A DNA stretch of 64,000 bases from an uncultured Candidatus Saccharibacteria bacterium (GTDB taxonomy: Bacteria; Patescibacteriota; Minisyncoccia; Phycocordibacterales; UBA12088): NCBI GenBank assembly GCA_964567265.1, contig CAZMLK010000001.1, forward strand, positions 395,723 to 459,722, in the 5' to 3' direction. Position 1 is the stretch's first letter. The number at the start of each line of letters is the position of its first letter. Below the pieces are notes generated by a model. The model did not search any database and was not told the origin of the DNA. It worked only from the letters and a program-made list of their open reading frames with translations. Made by a program: the position numbers and the translations under genes. Positions 47,521-57,146 of the stretch are shown in pieces.

Positions 47521-47893
47521 AAAAGGAAAATGGCCGCTCTCCTTCGGGGAGCGGCCAGCTTGAAACGGGTGTCGGCAGGGTATGCCCGCCATCAGGAGGC
47601 ATCGGGGCGAGGTCGATGGTCGCCTCAAGAAGTATTTCTGCGATCGTGAAGAGTACGACAAGCGACCAGAGAAGCATGAACAGCGTCGCGAAGACGATGA
47701 GACGGAATTGAGTATCAACCGCGATGATGTAAATCGTTGGCGCGCAGAGAATAGTTGCGGCAACGAAACAGACACAGACGATGAGCTGGGTGTCACGCGA
47801 AAGCCCGGACATGGCTAATCTCCATGAAATCACTCTGTTCTTGTCTCAAAATAGGCGCTCCCTGGATGCGTGTCAAACGGACGCACCGAATGT

Positions 47894-48196
47894 CTAGTGG
47901 AGCGACCGGTCACGAATCACCTCGAGGTCTTCCATGATCTCGGCGAGATCTTCTGGGGTATAGACTTGCTTCTCTGAATGATCCTCTGTCCACAACCTGA
48001 ACGCTTCCGCCATGCCGCTTTCAATCCACTCCGCCATCGCGTCACGAGCGGTTGCGGTGCCATCCTTTGAGAGCTCAGGATGCTCTTCGGCAAAATACAT
48101 GATGAGCTGCTTCTGAAGACCCATCTGCTCGCGAAAATTCTCAGGATGGAATTCCTGCCCGCCGTCGCTCTCTTTCGGCCATTCACTTGGACTCAT
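47894..48196 (-). CDS. hypothetical acidic protein
   Basis: Start trimmed to MSPSEW to avoid overlapping rseP; no motif recognised. Confidence 0.3.
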   Translation of the reverse strand: MSPSEWPKESDGGQEFHPENFREQMGLQKQLIMYFAEEHPELSKDGTATARDAMAEWIESGMAEAFRLWTEDHSEKQVYTPEDLAEIMEDLEVIRDRSLH

Positions 48197-48206
48197 GCCG
48201 TGATTC

Positions 48207-49316
48207 TTAGAATAACCGGACGATATCCTGGTACGTAATAGCGGCCATGAGGACAAGAAGAAGGATAAGGCCGCCTGCATTGAGAAAGTTCGCAATCTTA
48301 GGGGAAATCGGAGTTCCTTTCACCGCCTCGATGAGGACGAAGAGGAGCCGGCCGCCGTCCAAAGCCGGGAATGGGAGCACGTTGATCACGGCCAGGTTCA
48401 GCGAGATGAATGCGGTGAAAGTGATCAGATAGACGAGGCCGAGGCGGGACGCATCGCCGACGAGCCCGACGATGCCGACGGGGCCGGTCACCTGCGAGAG
48501 ATCGGCCTTGAGGACGAATGCACTCTTGAAGAAGGTCACGAGGCCTGCCGCGACTTCATACGTCTTCTGTCCCGTCATGATCGCGCCTTCATAGAGCGCG
48601 CGCACCGGATTGTATTTCAAGGTTGCCGTGAGCGCCATCACGATACCGGCAGCGGCACGATCAGGCTCATCCTTGATGATGCCTTTTACCGGAGTCACGG
48701 TCAGGATTCCCGATTCATTGGCGCGTTCGTACGAAACGACCAACGGCAGGTTACCGTGGCTCGCGATGAAACGGAGGACGGAATCGGGACTAAGCGCGTT
48801 CCCTTCAAGCGACTCGGCGGAACCTGCCTCTATTTTTGAAATCACGTCACCCGGCTTGAGGCCTGCCTCGGATCCCGGCGCATCCGGAACGACTGCGACG
48901 ATCTCTACCTTCGCATCCGGAACGGTGTCACGGTCTTCAGGTGCGAGCGAGGTCGGCATGCCGATCATGAACCCGAGCGAAAATAGGAGCCACGCGAAGA
49001 GGATGTTGCCGATGATGCCTGCGAGGAGGATCAGCGCCTGGACCCATTTCGGCTTGTTCGGAAAACTCCGCGCGCTGTCGGGCCCGGCAAGTGACGCATC
49101 GTCAGGATCCTCGCCGAAGATCTTCACGTAGCCGCCGATCGGGAGGAGGTTGAGGACGTAGCGCGTCTCGCCCCGCTTGATACTCGCGACCTTCGGCGGG
49201 AAACCGAGCGCGAATTCATCGACGCGGACGCCGAGCTTCTTGGCGGTGATGAAATGCCCGAACTCGTGGACAAAGACCAGGGTGCCGAGCACGAGGAGGA
49301 AGAGGACTATGGACAT
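48207..49316 (-). CDS. rseP: RIP metalloprotease RseP (site-2 protease, M50)
   Basis: HEFGHF zinc motif in TM1, PDZ domain, C-terminal LDGG motif. Confidence 0.85.
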   Translation of the reverse strand: MSIVLFLLVLGTLVFVHEFGHFITAKKLGVRVDEFALGFPPKVASIKRGETRYVLNLLPIGGYVKIFGEDPDDASLAGPDSARSFPNKPKWVQALILLAGIIGNILFAWLLFSLGFMIGMPTSLAPEDRDTVPDAKVEIVAVVPDAPGSEAGLKPGDVISKIEAGSAESLEGNALSPDSVLRFIASHGNLPLVVSYERANESGILTVTPVKGIIKDEPDRAAAGIVMALTATLKYNPVRALYEGAIMTGQKTYEVAAGLVTFFKSAFVLKADLSQVTGPVGIVGLVGDASRLGLVYLITFTAFISLNLAVINVLPFPALDGGRLLFVLIEAVKGTPISPKIANFLNAGGLILLLVLMAAITYQDIVRLF

Positions 49317-49319
49317 GTG

Positions 49320-49871
49320 TTATTCGCTTATTTCTGCGTCCTTCTTTTCGGCCAGGAGTTCGAGCGCCTGATTGCCCTTATCGATGAGTTTTTGCATATC
49401 TTCTTTCGCGCGGAACTTCTCGTCCTCGCTCATCTCGCCCGCCTTCTCTTTTTTCTGGATGTCGTTCCATGCCTCGTCACGGCCCGAGCGGAGCGCGATC
49501 CGCGCTTCCTCAAGCTTCCCTTTCGAGAGCTTCACGAGCATGCCGCGGCGCTCTGAGGTCAGCTCTGGGAATGAGACGCGGACACCGCGATCGTCGGCGC
49601 CGACGGAGACGCCCATGTCTGCGGCAGTAATCGCCTTCTCGATCTCCTTCGCTTGCGACATATCCCACGGAGAGATGCGGATGGTGCGCGCATCCTCGAC
49701 GGAAATATTCCCGACCTGATTCAGCGGGACCTTCGAGCCGTACGAATCGACGCGGATATTGTCGAGCAGCTGCGGGGTCGCGCGGCCAGTCCTGATGCCC
49801 GAATATTCCCGCTTCAGCCAGTCTTCTGTTTCTGCGATTTTCTTCTTGAGTGGTGTGAAATCGTATGCCAT
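49320..49871 (-). CDS. frr: ribosome recycling factor
   Basis: MAYDFTPLKKKIAETEDWLKREYSGIRTGRATPQLLD... is consensus RRF. Start trimmed to that Met. Confidence 0.9.
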   Translation of the reverse strand: MAYDFTPLKKKIAETEDWLKREYSGIRTGRATPQLLDNIRVDSYGSKVPLNQVGNISVEDARTIRISPWDMSQAKEIEKAITAADMGVSVGADDRGVRVSFPELTSERRGMLVKLSKGKLEEARIALRSGRDEAWNDIQKKEKAGEMSEDEKFRAKEDMQKLIDKGNQALELLAEKKDAEISE

Positions 49872-50312
49872 ATGGGGCCATTCTAACGTAGATTCCGCTT
49901 CCTGTGTATGGAAAACAAAAACGCTCCGACATGGGAGTCGAAGACGTTGGTTGGGATGGAGGGGTTGCGCATGGGCAACCGCCTCCTCCCTGATCTGTAT
50001 GGATATGCTCGGGCCTGAACACGGTATGAGCGTCTCAGGAAGTCCGATGATTCCAAGGGTGACACACACCCTTTCATAAGGCCTGACCGGATGTATAACC
50101 CGGCAACGGGGTCCAGAGATTCTACTTCATGGCACATCTCCTCGGCTGCGTCCGGCCTGAGACCGGTTGTAGCGCTTGGTGTTGCAGTCGTGGCTGGTTT
50201 GGCCTTCCTCCTATATTTGCTGGAAAAAAGATATCACGTGATTGACTTATTGTCAAGCTCATTTTCTATTGTGGGATTTGGGGCAGATGAGTCATACATA
50301 GAGCCGTTTTTT

Positions 50313-51023
50313 CTACTGTTCAAAAAACGGACAGATGAGCGCGACATATTCGAGGAGGATCTTCGGCGAGGCGCCCGGGTCGGAGATGTGGCGCTTCGCG
50401 AGCATGACGGCTTCCAGCGTTTCCTGGAGCGCTTGGCTCGGGACCCCCCCGCTCGCCGCGAGGCGGATCCTCGCGGCGAGCGCCTGCTCAAGTCCGCCGA
50501 GGAAATCGACTGCGTGCGATCGGTCCTTCGTATCCGAAATCGTACCGAGGAGCTTCTTCAACTTGTCGAGGCGATTTGCAGGAGTGAGTGCAAGAAATTG
50601 CATTGCCGCTTCCGTGTCGCTGACATGCGGCATCGAAATGATCTGCATGCGCGAGCGGATGGTCGGGAGGACAAGGTCGGCGTTCGGGACGAGGAGAAAA
50701 AAATGAAGGCCCTGTGGCGGCTCTTCGAGGATCTTGAGGAGCGCGTTCTGCGCCTGCGCCGTCAGGATCTTCGCGCCGATCACGAACACGCGCCGCGCTC
50801 CGAGGGGGCGAATATATGCATCTTCCTTGAGTTCCCTGCTTTCTTCAACGCTCAGGGTCTCGAACATGCGGCCATAGTAATCGGGATTTCCAATGACAGA
50901 GCCCTTCAGGACCTCCTCGACGAAGGAAATGACGAGGGGCTCGTTGACCATAAGATCGCCCGGCACCAAGTACGCATGATGCAAGCTGCCTGTTTCCCGA
51001 TACTGCTTTCGAAGCTGCTCCAT
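50313..51023 (-). CDS. holB: DNA polymerase III delta' subunit-like (clamp-loader AAA+ fold)
   Basis: HAYLVPGD, FLLVPNADLVLPTIRSRMQII and ALLKILEEPP motifs. The overlapping plus-strand ORF 50091..51092 is judged to be an antisense artefact. Confidence 0.65.
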   Translation of the reverse strand: MEQLRKQYRETGSLHHAYLVPGDLMVNEPLVISFVEEVLKGSVIGNPDYYGRMFETLSVEESRELKEDAYIRPLGARRVFVIGAKILTAQAQNALLKILEEPPQGLHFFLLVPNADLVLPTIRSRMQIISMPHVSDTEAAMQFLALTPANRLDKLKKLLGTISDTKDRSHAVDFLGGLEQALAARIRLAASGGVPSQALQETLEAVMLAKRHISDPGASPKILLEYVALICPFFEQ

Positions 51024-51118
51024 TACCGCTCCAGCATACTGGAGATATGCACTTTGCTGAAATTGACACACTTCATGAAAGTTGTATGTTGAAGAGAGCA
51101 CATGAAAGGAGTTGCGAC

Positions 51119-51256
51119 ATGTCCGCAGCTACGAGTCATCAGATCGGGGTCCCCGTTGGACAGCCGATCGCGAGTTCCGTGAACGACCTGGCAGTATTTC
51201 TCGTCGTCGCGGGTATAGTCGGCAGCATTGCACTCCTGTTCTTCGGCGTCAAATAA
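51119..51256 (+). CDS. 45-aa single-TM small protein
   Basis: Strong AAAGGAG Shine-Dalgarno motif 8 nt upstream of the ATG. MSAATSHQIGVPVGQPIASSVNDLAVFLVVAGIVGSIALLFFGVK. GC hairpin downstream (51267-51292). Confidence 0.45.
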   Translation: MSAATSHQIGVPVGQPIASSVNDLAVFLVVAGIVGSIALLFFGVK

Positions 51257-51395
51257 CGACGCAGTATTCGGCACGGATTCCCTTCGGGAATCCGTGCCGA
51301 AATTATTATCGCGGAACTCTCGCCATGCGCGCGCATTTACAAAAATGAATTTTAAGCATCTAATGTCAGCAGAACATCGCTCTTGAGAGGGGCCG

Positions 51396-51938
51396 TTGAT
51401 GCCGCATACCCCGGTGAATGCAAGCGTTCCTGCAATCTATTACGGCGAGCAGTATGCAATTGAAAGGATCGTGGATGCACGCAAAGTCGAGCGTGACATT
51501 TTCAGGAGGCGTGTGGGCGGGATGATCGTCGAACCTACGGACGGGACCCTGTTCCAGTTGCTCACTCCGAATGCCGCATGGCAACATCCGGAGCGTCCTT
51601 TTTCGCTTCGGGAGTGCCTGACATTCCGGAGCGTGCCCGCATGGGACCCCTCTGATCCAGGGGGCAACCCGATCCGAGGCTTCGTTCGAGCCAATAGAAC
51701 GGAGTGGGAAGATCATATCTCTTCAGGGGCCATCCCGCTCGGGCATTTCTTGGGCGCGATCGTAGTGCCGATCCTCCCCGCCAAAGCTGGCGGAACGCCT
51801 GACCTGCTCACGACGCCTTCGATTCCCCAAAAAACAAGGAATGCCGGCGTCGACCCGGCATGGAGGGCTAGAGTCGGGTGCGCGATCATCGTCGCACTCC
51901 TTCTCTTTTACCTACTGAACCTCTTGCCCAAAAGTTAA
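51396..51938 (+). CDS. hypothetical protein with C-terminal TM anchor
   Basis: 180-aa ORF ending in VGCAIIVALLLFYLLNLL. Convergent with the ATPase gene; shared terminator. Confidence 0.45.
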   Translation: MMPHTPVNASVPAIYYGEQYAIERIVDARKVERDIFRRRVGGMIVEPTDGTLFQLLTPNAAWQHPERPFSLRECLTFRSVPAWDPSDPGGNPIRGFVRANRTEWEDHISSGAIPLGHFLGAIVVPILPAKAGGTPDLLTTPSIPQKTRNAGVDPAWRARVGCAIIVALLLFYLLNLLPKS

Positions 51939-51970
51939 ACCCCGCACATCCATGCGGGGTTCTTTCTTAT
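51938..51970. terminator. terminator shared by convergent genes (accccgca-catccatg-cggggt + TTCTTTCTTAT)
   Basis: Hairpin overlapping both stop codons. Confidence 0.6.
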
Positions 51971-54777
51971 ATGATTTTCGGAGGCGATACTGGAAGCGTC
52001 GACTCCTTGCGGTAGCGCGCGAGGATATCTTCCTCCACGAGCGAGCGCGCCTTTCCATATTTGAGATATGAGAGCTGCTTCAGCGCTTCCGCATTCTCAG
52101 GATTCCCCGCCTTCGGTGCCATTGTCCTGATATTGAACGGCTTTGCCGGCCTCCCTTCAGCGAGAATCTTGAGGTACGCGTTCCGGTTGTCGATATTCAT
52201 GATGTCGCTCGCAGCGAAGGTCGGCGCGAACTGCGGCTCGAAGAATTTCGCATCCTCGGCGCCGACGCGGAACACCGCCATCGATCCGACGTTGCCGAAG
52301 ATCGAATCCCGGATGCCCTCCTGGAGCTGCGCGATGAACTGGTGCGCCACCGTGAGCCCGAGCTTGTACTTGCGCGCTTCGGAAAGGATGGTCGAGATGG
52401 AATCGGTGGTGACATTCTGGAATTCGTCGATATAGAGATAGAACGGCGGCATCTCCTTCCCACTGCCGAACGCGTCCACGCGCGAGAGCGCTGCCATGAG
52501 GATCTTGCCGACCAGGATGAGGCCGAGGAGATTCGCGTTGATGTCGCCGAGCCGGCCCTTCGAGAGGTTCACGAGGAGGATCTTCTTCGAATCCATCACC
52601 TCGCGGAAATTGAACGCGGATTTTTCCTGCGCGATGATCGGGCGCATGTACTCGTTCGCGGTGAAGACATCGAACTTGTTCGTGATATACGGCACGATGT
52701 TCGCGAGCGATGCTTCCCCCTGTGCCTTCGTGGCGATCTCCTGCCAGAACTGGAGGACGACCGGGTTCTTGCAGTGTGAGAGCTTGAGCGCGCGATACTT
52801 CGCGTCCGCGAGGACGCGGGACACATCGAGCAAGGTCATGCCGCTCTCGGGGTGCTCGAGGACGAGCAGCGTCGCGTTGCGGAAATACTGCTCGAATGCA
52901 GGGCCCATCGACTCGGGAGAGCCGGCGTACAACTTCTTGAAGATGCTGAAAAGCTCATTGACCACGAAGGTCTTCTGTTCCGGGAACCGGGGATCGTATT
53001 CGAGCATGTTGAGGCCCATCACGCGCTCCATGTATGCGGGATCGAAGTAGATGACGTCTTCCGCGCGCTCGGGCGGGATCGCGGCGAGGATATCCTGCAC
53101 ATCGCTACCATGCGGATCGATGAAACAGACGCCTGCGCCCTCCTCTATGTCCTGGATGATCATGTTCTTGAGGAGCGTCGTCTTACCGGTACCCGTCTGC
53201 CCGATCACGTAGAAATGTCGGAGGCGATCCTCTGGCGCGAGATACGCTTTCGTTTCCGCATTACGGAATGAATTGATGCCGAGAAGCGTCCCCGTTGCTG
53301 AGAGCCCGAGCGGCGGCGGCGCGTCAGCGGATTTCGACTGCCGGAATTCGGGCGAGGATTTCACGACGCCTGTCGGGAAGTGGAGCACAGTCGCAAGCTC
53401 GCGGAGCGAAAACGGGAACGATTCGGCGGCGCCGAAATCACGGAAGGTGAAGCGTGTCAGGAGCGCACGAAGCGCGCCGCCCGTCGCCCGTACGAATTCG
53501 AAGCGATTGCCATCCGCATGATGGAATTGATGGAAGCTCGATTCGATGTCGCGAAGGATGCCTTCAGCGCGCGCCTGGTCAGTCGCGGATACCACGATGC
53601 GGACATTGACCGGCACAATGAAGGATTCCCTCTTTTTCCTGATCGCTTCAAGGGCGACCTTGTCGACAATCTTTTCCTCAGGCGCCTCTTTTGCTTCAGC
53701 CGGCTTCGAGGAGAGGAGTGCGCCTTTGAGCGCGCCGCCGATCGCGAATGCGGCACTTCCGAGAAGGCTCGATTCGACTTCGCGATACACGATCTTTGGC
53801 TTCTCACCCTTCTCGATACGCTTCTCGATGCGGAGGTAGCGCCCGAGATAATCGTCACGGCCAGGTCGGATCACGAACTGGATCGACGCACCTGCTCCCT
53901 CCTTCTCGATTTTCGAGAACGCATTCAAAAGCACTGAGAGCGGATCGACATCAAATGCATCGTAGGTTTTTATCGGATAGATCGGGAGTTCTGCAAGGCG
54001 CGCGGTCGAAGCCAGTGTCACGCCGTTCTCTACGAAGATGTTGTAGTCGCCTTTTTCCTCGCGGAGATGCGCATGCGGGAAGAGCGACAAGAGCTGCTTC
54101 TCGAACAGCTCTGCCTTGGTGGTCGGCACCGATACATAGAAGACGATTTCCTGGCTTGCTGATGAAACGGCGACTTCGAAGACGAAGACCTCGCCGGTGT
54201 CATTCTCGCGAGATCCCGTGCCGAAGAGTCCCGAATAGAATTGTTCCATCACAGAGACCAGCTCCTTGATGGTCTTCCGCTTCGCGCTTCCGGCATCCTC
54301 ATCCTGATTGATGGAAGGCAGTGTCACTTCGTACAAGGTCATGTTGAGCTCGCGCCAGACCGGCTCATTTTCCTTCACCCCCGGCACTGGATATCCGGCA
54401 TGGATGTATTGCACGAGGACGCGGTGGAAATCGTCGGCGATATGCGGGCTATCCATGCGGTCAGCGACCGTGAGCGCATTCTTGAGTCCCTTGTCGCGCA
54501 TGACGCCAAGAAGCTCGCCCATGATGGCGTCGTCCTTCTCAGGCGGCAGGTCGAGGATGATGTCATCCACTTGCTCGGCAGTGAGGATGCGTTCCTGTGG
54601 GAGCACTGATTCCGAAAGCGCGCGTCGGTATTCCTCGATATGCGCGCTTGTTGCCGCTTCCTTGGAGACCGGATAGCCGATTTCTGCCATGGCACGCTCC
54701 TTCTCCGCGATCTGGCCGCGCAGATACTGAATCTCCTCCTCAGGAGAGGAGAATTTCTCGTTCACTGGGAATTCCAT
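51967..54777 (-). CDS. TraD/VirD4/TraG-like P-loop ATPase (type IV coupling-protein-like / HerA-FtsK superfamily) with ~450-aa unknown N-terminal domain
   Basis: Walker A GQTGTGKTT, Walker B LYIDEFQNV, and the C-terminal TVAHQFIAQL...GSMAVFRVG motif typical of TraG/TraD C-domains. 936 aa; no TM segment obvious. Confidence 0.75.
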   Translation of the reverse strand: MEFPVNEKFSSPEEEIQYLRGQIAEKERAMAEIGYPVSKEAATSAHIEEYRRALSESVLPQERILTAEQVDDIILDLPPEKDDAIMGELLGVMRDKGLKNALTVADRMDSPHIADDFHRVLVQYIHAGYPVPGVKENEPVWRELNMTLYEVTLPSINQDEDAGSAKRKTIKELVSVMEQFYSGLFGTGSRENDTGEVFVFEVAVSSASQEIVFYVSVPTTKAELFEKQLLSLFPHAHLREEKGDYNIFVENGVTLASTARLAELPIYPIKTYDAFDVDPLSVLLNAFSKIEKEGAGASIQFVIRPGRDDYLGRYLRIEKRIEKGEKPKIVYREVESSLLGSAAFAIGGALKGALLSSKPAEAKEAPEEKIVDKVALEAIRKKRESFIVPVNVRIVVSATDQARAEGILRDIESSFHQFHHADGNRFEFVRATGGALRALLTRFTFRDFGAAESFPFSLRELATVLHFPTGVVKSSPEFRQSKSADAPPPLGLSATGTLLGINSFRNAETKAYLAPEDRLRHFYVIGQTGTGKTTLLKNMIIQDIEEGAGVCFIDPHGSDVQDILAAIPPERAEDVIYFDPAYMERVMGLNMLEYDPRFPEQKTFVVNELFSIFKKLYAGSPESMGPAFEQYFRNATLLVLEHPESGMTLLDVSRVLADAKYRALKLSHCKNPVVLQFWQEIATKAQGEASLANIVPYITNKFDVFTANEYMRPIIAQEKSAFNFREVMDSKKILLVNLSKGRLGDINANLLGLILVGKILMAALSRVDAFGSGKEMPPFYLYIDEFQNVTTDSISTILSEARKYKLGLTVAHQFIAQLQEGIRDSIFGNVGSMAVFRVGAEDAKFFEPQFAPTFAASDIMNIDNRNAYLKILAEGRPAKPFNIRTMAPKAGNPENAEALKQLSYLKYGKARSLVEEDILARYRKESTLPVSPPKII

Positions 54778-54829
54778 GTGCGTCTATTATAGTACGCCGC
54801 GCGCCGTCGGCGCGCGGCGGTTTGTGAAT

Positions 54830-54877
54830 AGCAAGAAAGAAGCGGCCGGCATTCGCCAAAAAGGCGAATGCCGGCCA
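54830..54877 (-). terminator. terminator for 54884..55603 (ggccggcattcgcc-aaaaag-gcgaatgccggcc)
   Basis: 13-bp perfect stem followed on the minus strand by GCTTCTTTCTTGC. Confidence 0.7.
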
Positions 54878-54883
54878 GAGCTG

Positions 54884-55603
54884 CTAGCGATGTCTGTCGA
54901 AGCGCGCGTCGCCAGTATCATGCGCGATAAAGAATGCGGTGTGGTTGCCGAAGAGGCATTCGCCCAACTCTCCCAGCTCCGGAATGCGCGGACGCTGGAT
55001 TGTGTAGAAGGGATCGATACCATACCGATGACGAGTCACCTTCCCTCCCGTTACCTCAAGCGCTCGCGCTACCGCATCCCATACGTGCTGCGGCACGCCC
55101 GGGTCAAGATAGTTGAGTGCCGGTACCGCTTCAGCTCTCCACCAATCGGGCCCATGTTTCGTATCGGGATGGAAAATCATCAGCTGTCGGTTGTAGATCT
55201 GGAACCCGACGAAACTGACGCACACAACCCCCACCCATCCTACGGCCGTCATGGCCGGACCCCAGGATGCGAAGATAAGGAACAGCGATGCAAGCATCAG
55301 CCACGCGAGTACTGGCCGATTGAGGTGCGCGCGGAGCAGAAATGCACCATATCGACTTTGCATCTTCGAGTACATGAAGCCCCGGCAGCAGTCACCGCGC
55401 ATGACATTGAGGCCCTGTGCCGATATGCAGGCATCGAATGCACTTCGCGTAAATAGCGAAAAGGATGGAAACCGAGGAATTGAGTCTCCGAGCAGTCTAG
55501 TGGCGATGGCGGCGGTCATGAATAGACCCTCCCAACGTGTCGAAGGCGTCTGCCTTCGATTCCATATATAAAAATGAGGCACGAGGTGCCCTGAGTCAAG
55601 CAA
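54884..55603 (-). CDS. hypothetical membrane protein (start uncertain)
   Basis: Two TM helices (VLAWLMLASLFLIFASWGPAMTAVGWVGVVCVSFVGF), with a terminator right after the stop. Starts 15 nt downstream of the mreB-paralog stop. Possible starts MTAAIAT or MYSKMQ. Confidence 0.5.
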   Translation of the reverse strand: MLDSGHLVPHFYIWNRRQTPSTRWEGLFMTAAIATRLLGDSIPRFPSFSLFTRSAFDACISAQGLNVMRGDCCRGFMYSKMQSRYGAFLLRAHLNRPVLAWLMLASLFLIFASWGPAMTAVGWVGVVCVSFVGFQIYNRQLMIFHPDTKHGPDWWRAEAVPALNYLDPGVPQHVWDAVARALEVTGGKVTRHRYGIDPFYTIQRPRIPELGELGECLFGNHTAFFIAHDTGDARFDRHR

Positions 55604-55618
55604 CGCGCAGCCTATGAG

Positions 55619-56632
55619 CTACCGCTTCGCGATGATGCTCTTCTTGTAGACGTCGAGATGGTTGAGCGCGATGCCGGTCCCCTTCACCACGCAATACGGG
55701 GCCTCTTTCGCAAGAACCGCCTTCACGCCCGTGCGACGGAGCACGAGTTCCGGGAAATTGCGAAGCTGCGAGGTGCCGCCGGTCATGATGATGCCCTTGT
55801 CGATGATGTCGGAGGCAAGCTCGGGCGGCGTCTCCTGGAGCACATCCTTGATCGCCTTGATCATTTCCCGCAAGTCGCGCGCGGTCGCTTTCACGATCTC
55901 ATTCGTCTTCACTTCTGCAGTGCGCGGAAGGCCGGTCAAGAGATCCCGGCCGCGGATCGACATGATGAGTTCCTCTTCAAGAGGGACGGCCGAGCCGACC
56001 TCGATCTTTATGCGCTCAGCGGTCTTGTCGCCGATCGCGAGATTGAAGGTCTTCTTCACATAATCGGTGATCGCATGATCGAGGCGGTTCCCGGCGCATT
56101 TCACGGACGTCGAGGCGACGATGCCGCCGAGCGAGATCACGGCGACGTCGATCGTGCCGCCGCCGATGTCGACGATCATATGCCCACGCGGCTCATGGAT
56201 CGGAATGCCGGCGCCGATTGCCGCAAGAATCGGTTCCTTGACCACGTACGCATTCTTCGCACCCGCGTTCACTGCGGCTTCGACGACGGCGCGGCGCTCG
56301 GTCGAAGTGACGCCCGCTGGAACCGAGATCATCACGTCCGGGCGGAACAGCGTCCACTTCCCCATCGATTTGCGGATATAGTAGCGGAGCATCGCTTCGG
56401 TGACGCGATAATCGGCGATGACGCCATCTTTCATCGGGCGGTACGCGATGATCGATTCCGGAGTGCGTCCGATCATCTCCTTCGCGTCGTTGCCGACCGC
56501 GAGGATCTTGTTGTCGCTGACGGAGACGGCGACCACCGACGGCTCATTGAGCACGATGCCCGCGCCCGGCACGAAGACGAGTGTCGTCGTGGTCCCGAGG
56601 TCGATCCCGATTTTCTTGGTGAAAAATGACAT
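55619..56632 (-). CDS. second MreB/Mbl-family actin homolog
   Basis: KKIGIDLGTTTTLVFVPGAGIVLNEPSVVAV plus the full set of actin-fold motifs. Start trimmed to MSFFTKK. Confidence 0.8.
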   Translation of the reverse strand: MSFFTKKIGIDLGTTTTLVFVPGAGIVLNEPSVVAVSVSDNKILAVGNDAKEMIGRTPESIIAYRPMKDGVIADYRVTEAMLRYYIRKSMGKWTLFRPDVMISVPAGVTSTERRAVVEAAVNAGAKNAYVVKEPILAAIGAGIPIHEPRGHMIVDIGGGTIDVAVISLGGIVASTSVKCAGNRLDHAITDYVKKTFNLAIGDKTAERIKIEVGSAVPLEEELIMSIRGRDLLTGLPRTAEVKTNEIVKATARDLREMIKAIKDVLQETPPELASDIIDKGIIMTGGTSQLRNFPELVLRRTGVKAVLAKEAPYCVVKGTGIALNHLDVYKKSIIAKR

Positions 56633-56736
56633 GGTGTCGCCTAGGCAGTATACCTGCTTGCGCTTTGCTGGTCGTTGTTGACATATTGGACTTAATATGT
56701 TTTTATATCTCTCAGACAAACACAGGAGGACCTCCC

Positions 56737-57033
56737 TTGCCTAGAAATCTTGTTGCGTACATAGCAATAATCGGGGATCCGGCTCGCAAAACCGTTCGGA
56801 AGCATCAATTACCAGATACAGATACCTACTATGCTGAGGATCTCGTCGGAGAGATATTCCGTATCCCTCTTACGACCGCTGAATATGTAGTCAGTGTTGG
56901 TAATGCGCAGATGAACTATTGGCAATCCAGTCTTCACAAGACTGGAGAATTATGTTCAGGCATCCCGTGGGATATTATTGCGAGGGAAATTCTTTTGTTT
57001 CGCGACCCGAAAAATAGACCCGAGCGCCTATAA
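56737..57033 (+). CDS. hypothetical protein (98 aa, TTG start)
   Basis: AGGAGGA Shine-Dalgarno motif 7 nt upstream of TTG; promoter-like TTGACA (56683-56688); degenerate terminator hairpin downstream. Confidence 0.4.
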   Translation: MPRNLVAYIAIIGDPARKTVRKHQLPDTDTYYAEDLVGEIFRIPLTTAEYVVSVGNAQMNYWQSSLHKTGELCSGIPWDIIAREILLFRDPKNRPERL

Positions 57034-57035
57034 CT

Positions 57036-57075
57036 CCGACGGAAGCTCCGGCTTTCGGTCGGGGTTTCTGTTTTT
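57036..57075 (+). terminator. degenerate copy of the 57681..57718 terminator hairpin + T-run
   Basis: ccgacggaagctccggctttcggtcgg followed by GGTTTCTGTTTTTGG; the sequence resembles the downstream terminator. Confidence 0.4.
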
Positions 57076-57146
57076 GGCGGCACATCCTTGACTTTATATT
57101 TGCGGATTGTACTGTTCTTTTAGAAATCCTTGGAGAGGAGAATGTC

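Noticed and set aside
54776-55456. Plus-strand 226-aa ORF overlapping the 54884..55603 membrane-protein gene
   Set aside because: The minus-strand ORF has TM helices and a strong terminator immediately after its stop. The plus-strand ORF lacks an RBS and runs through that terminator hairpin.
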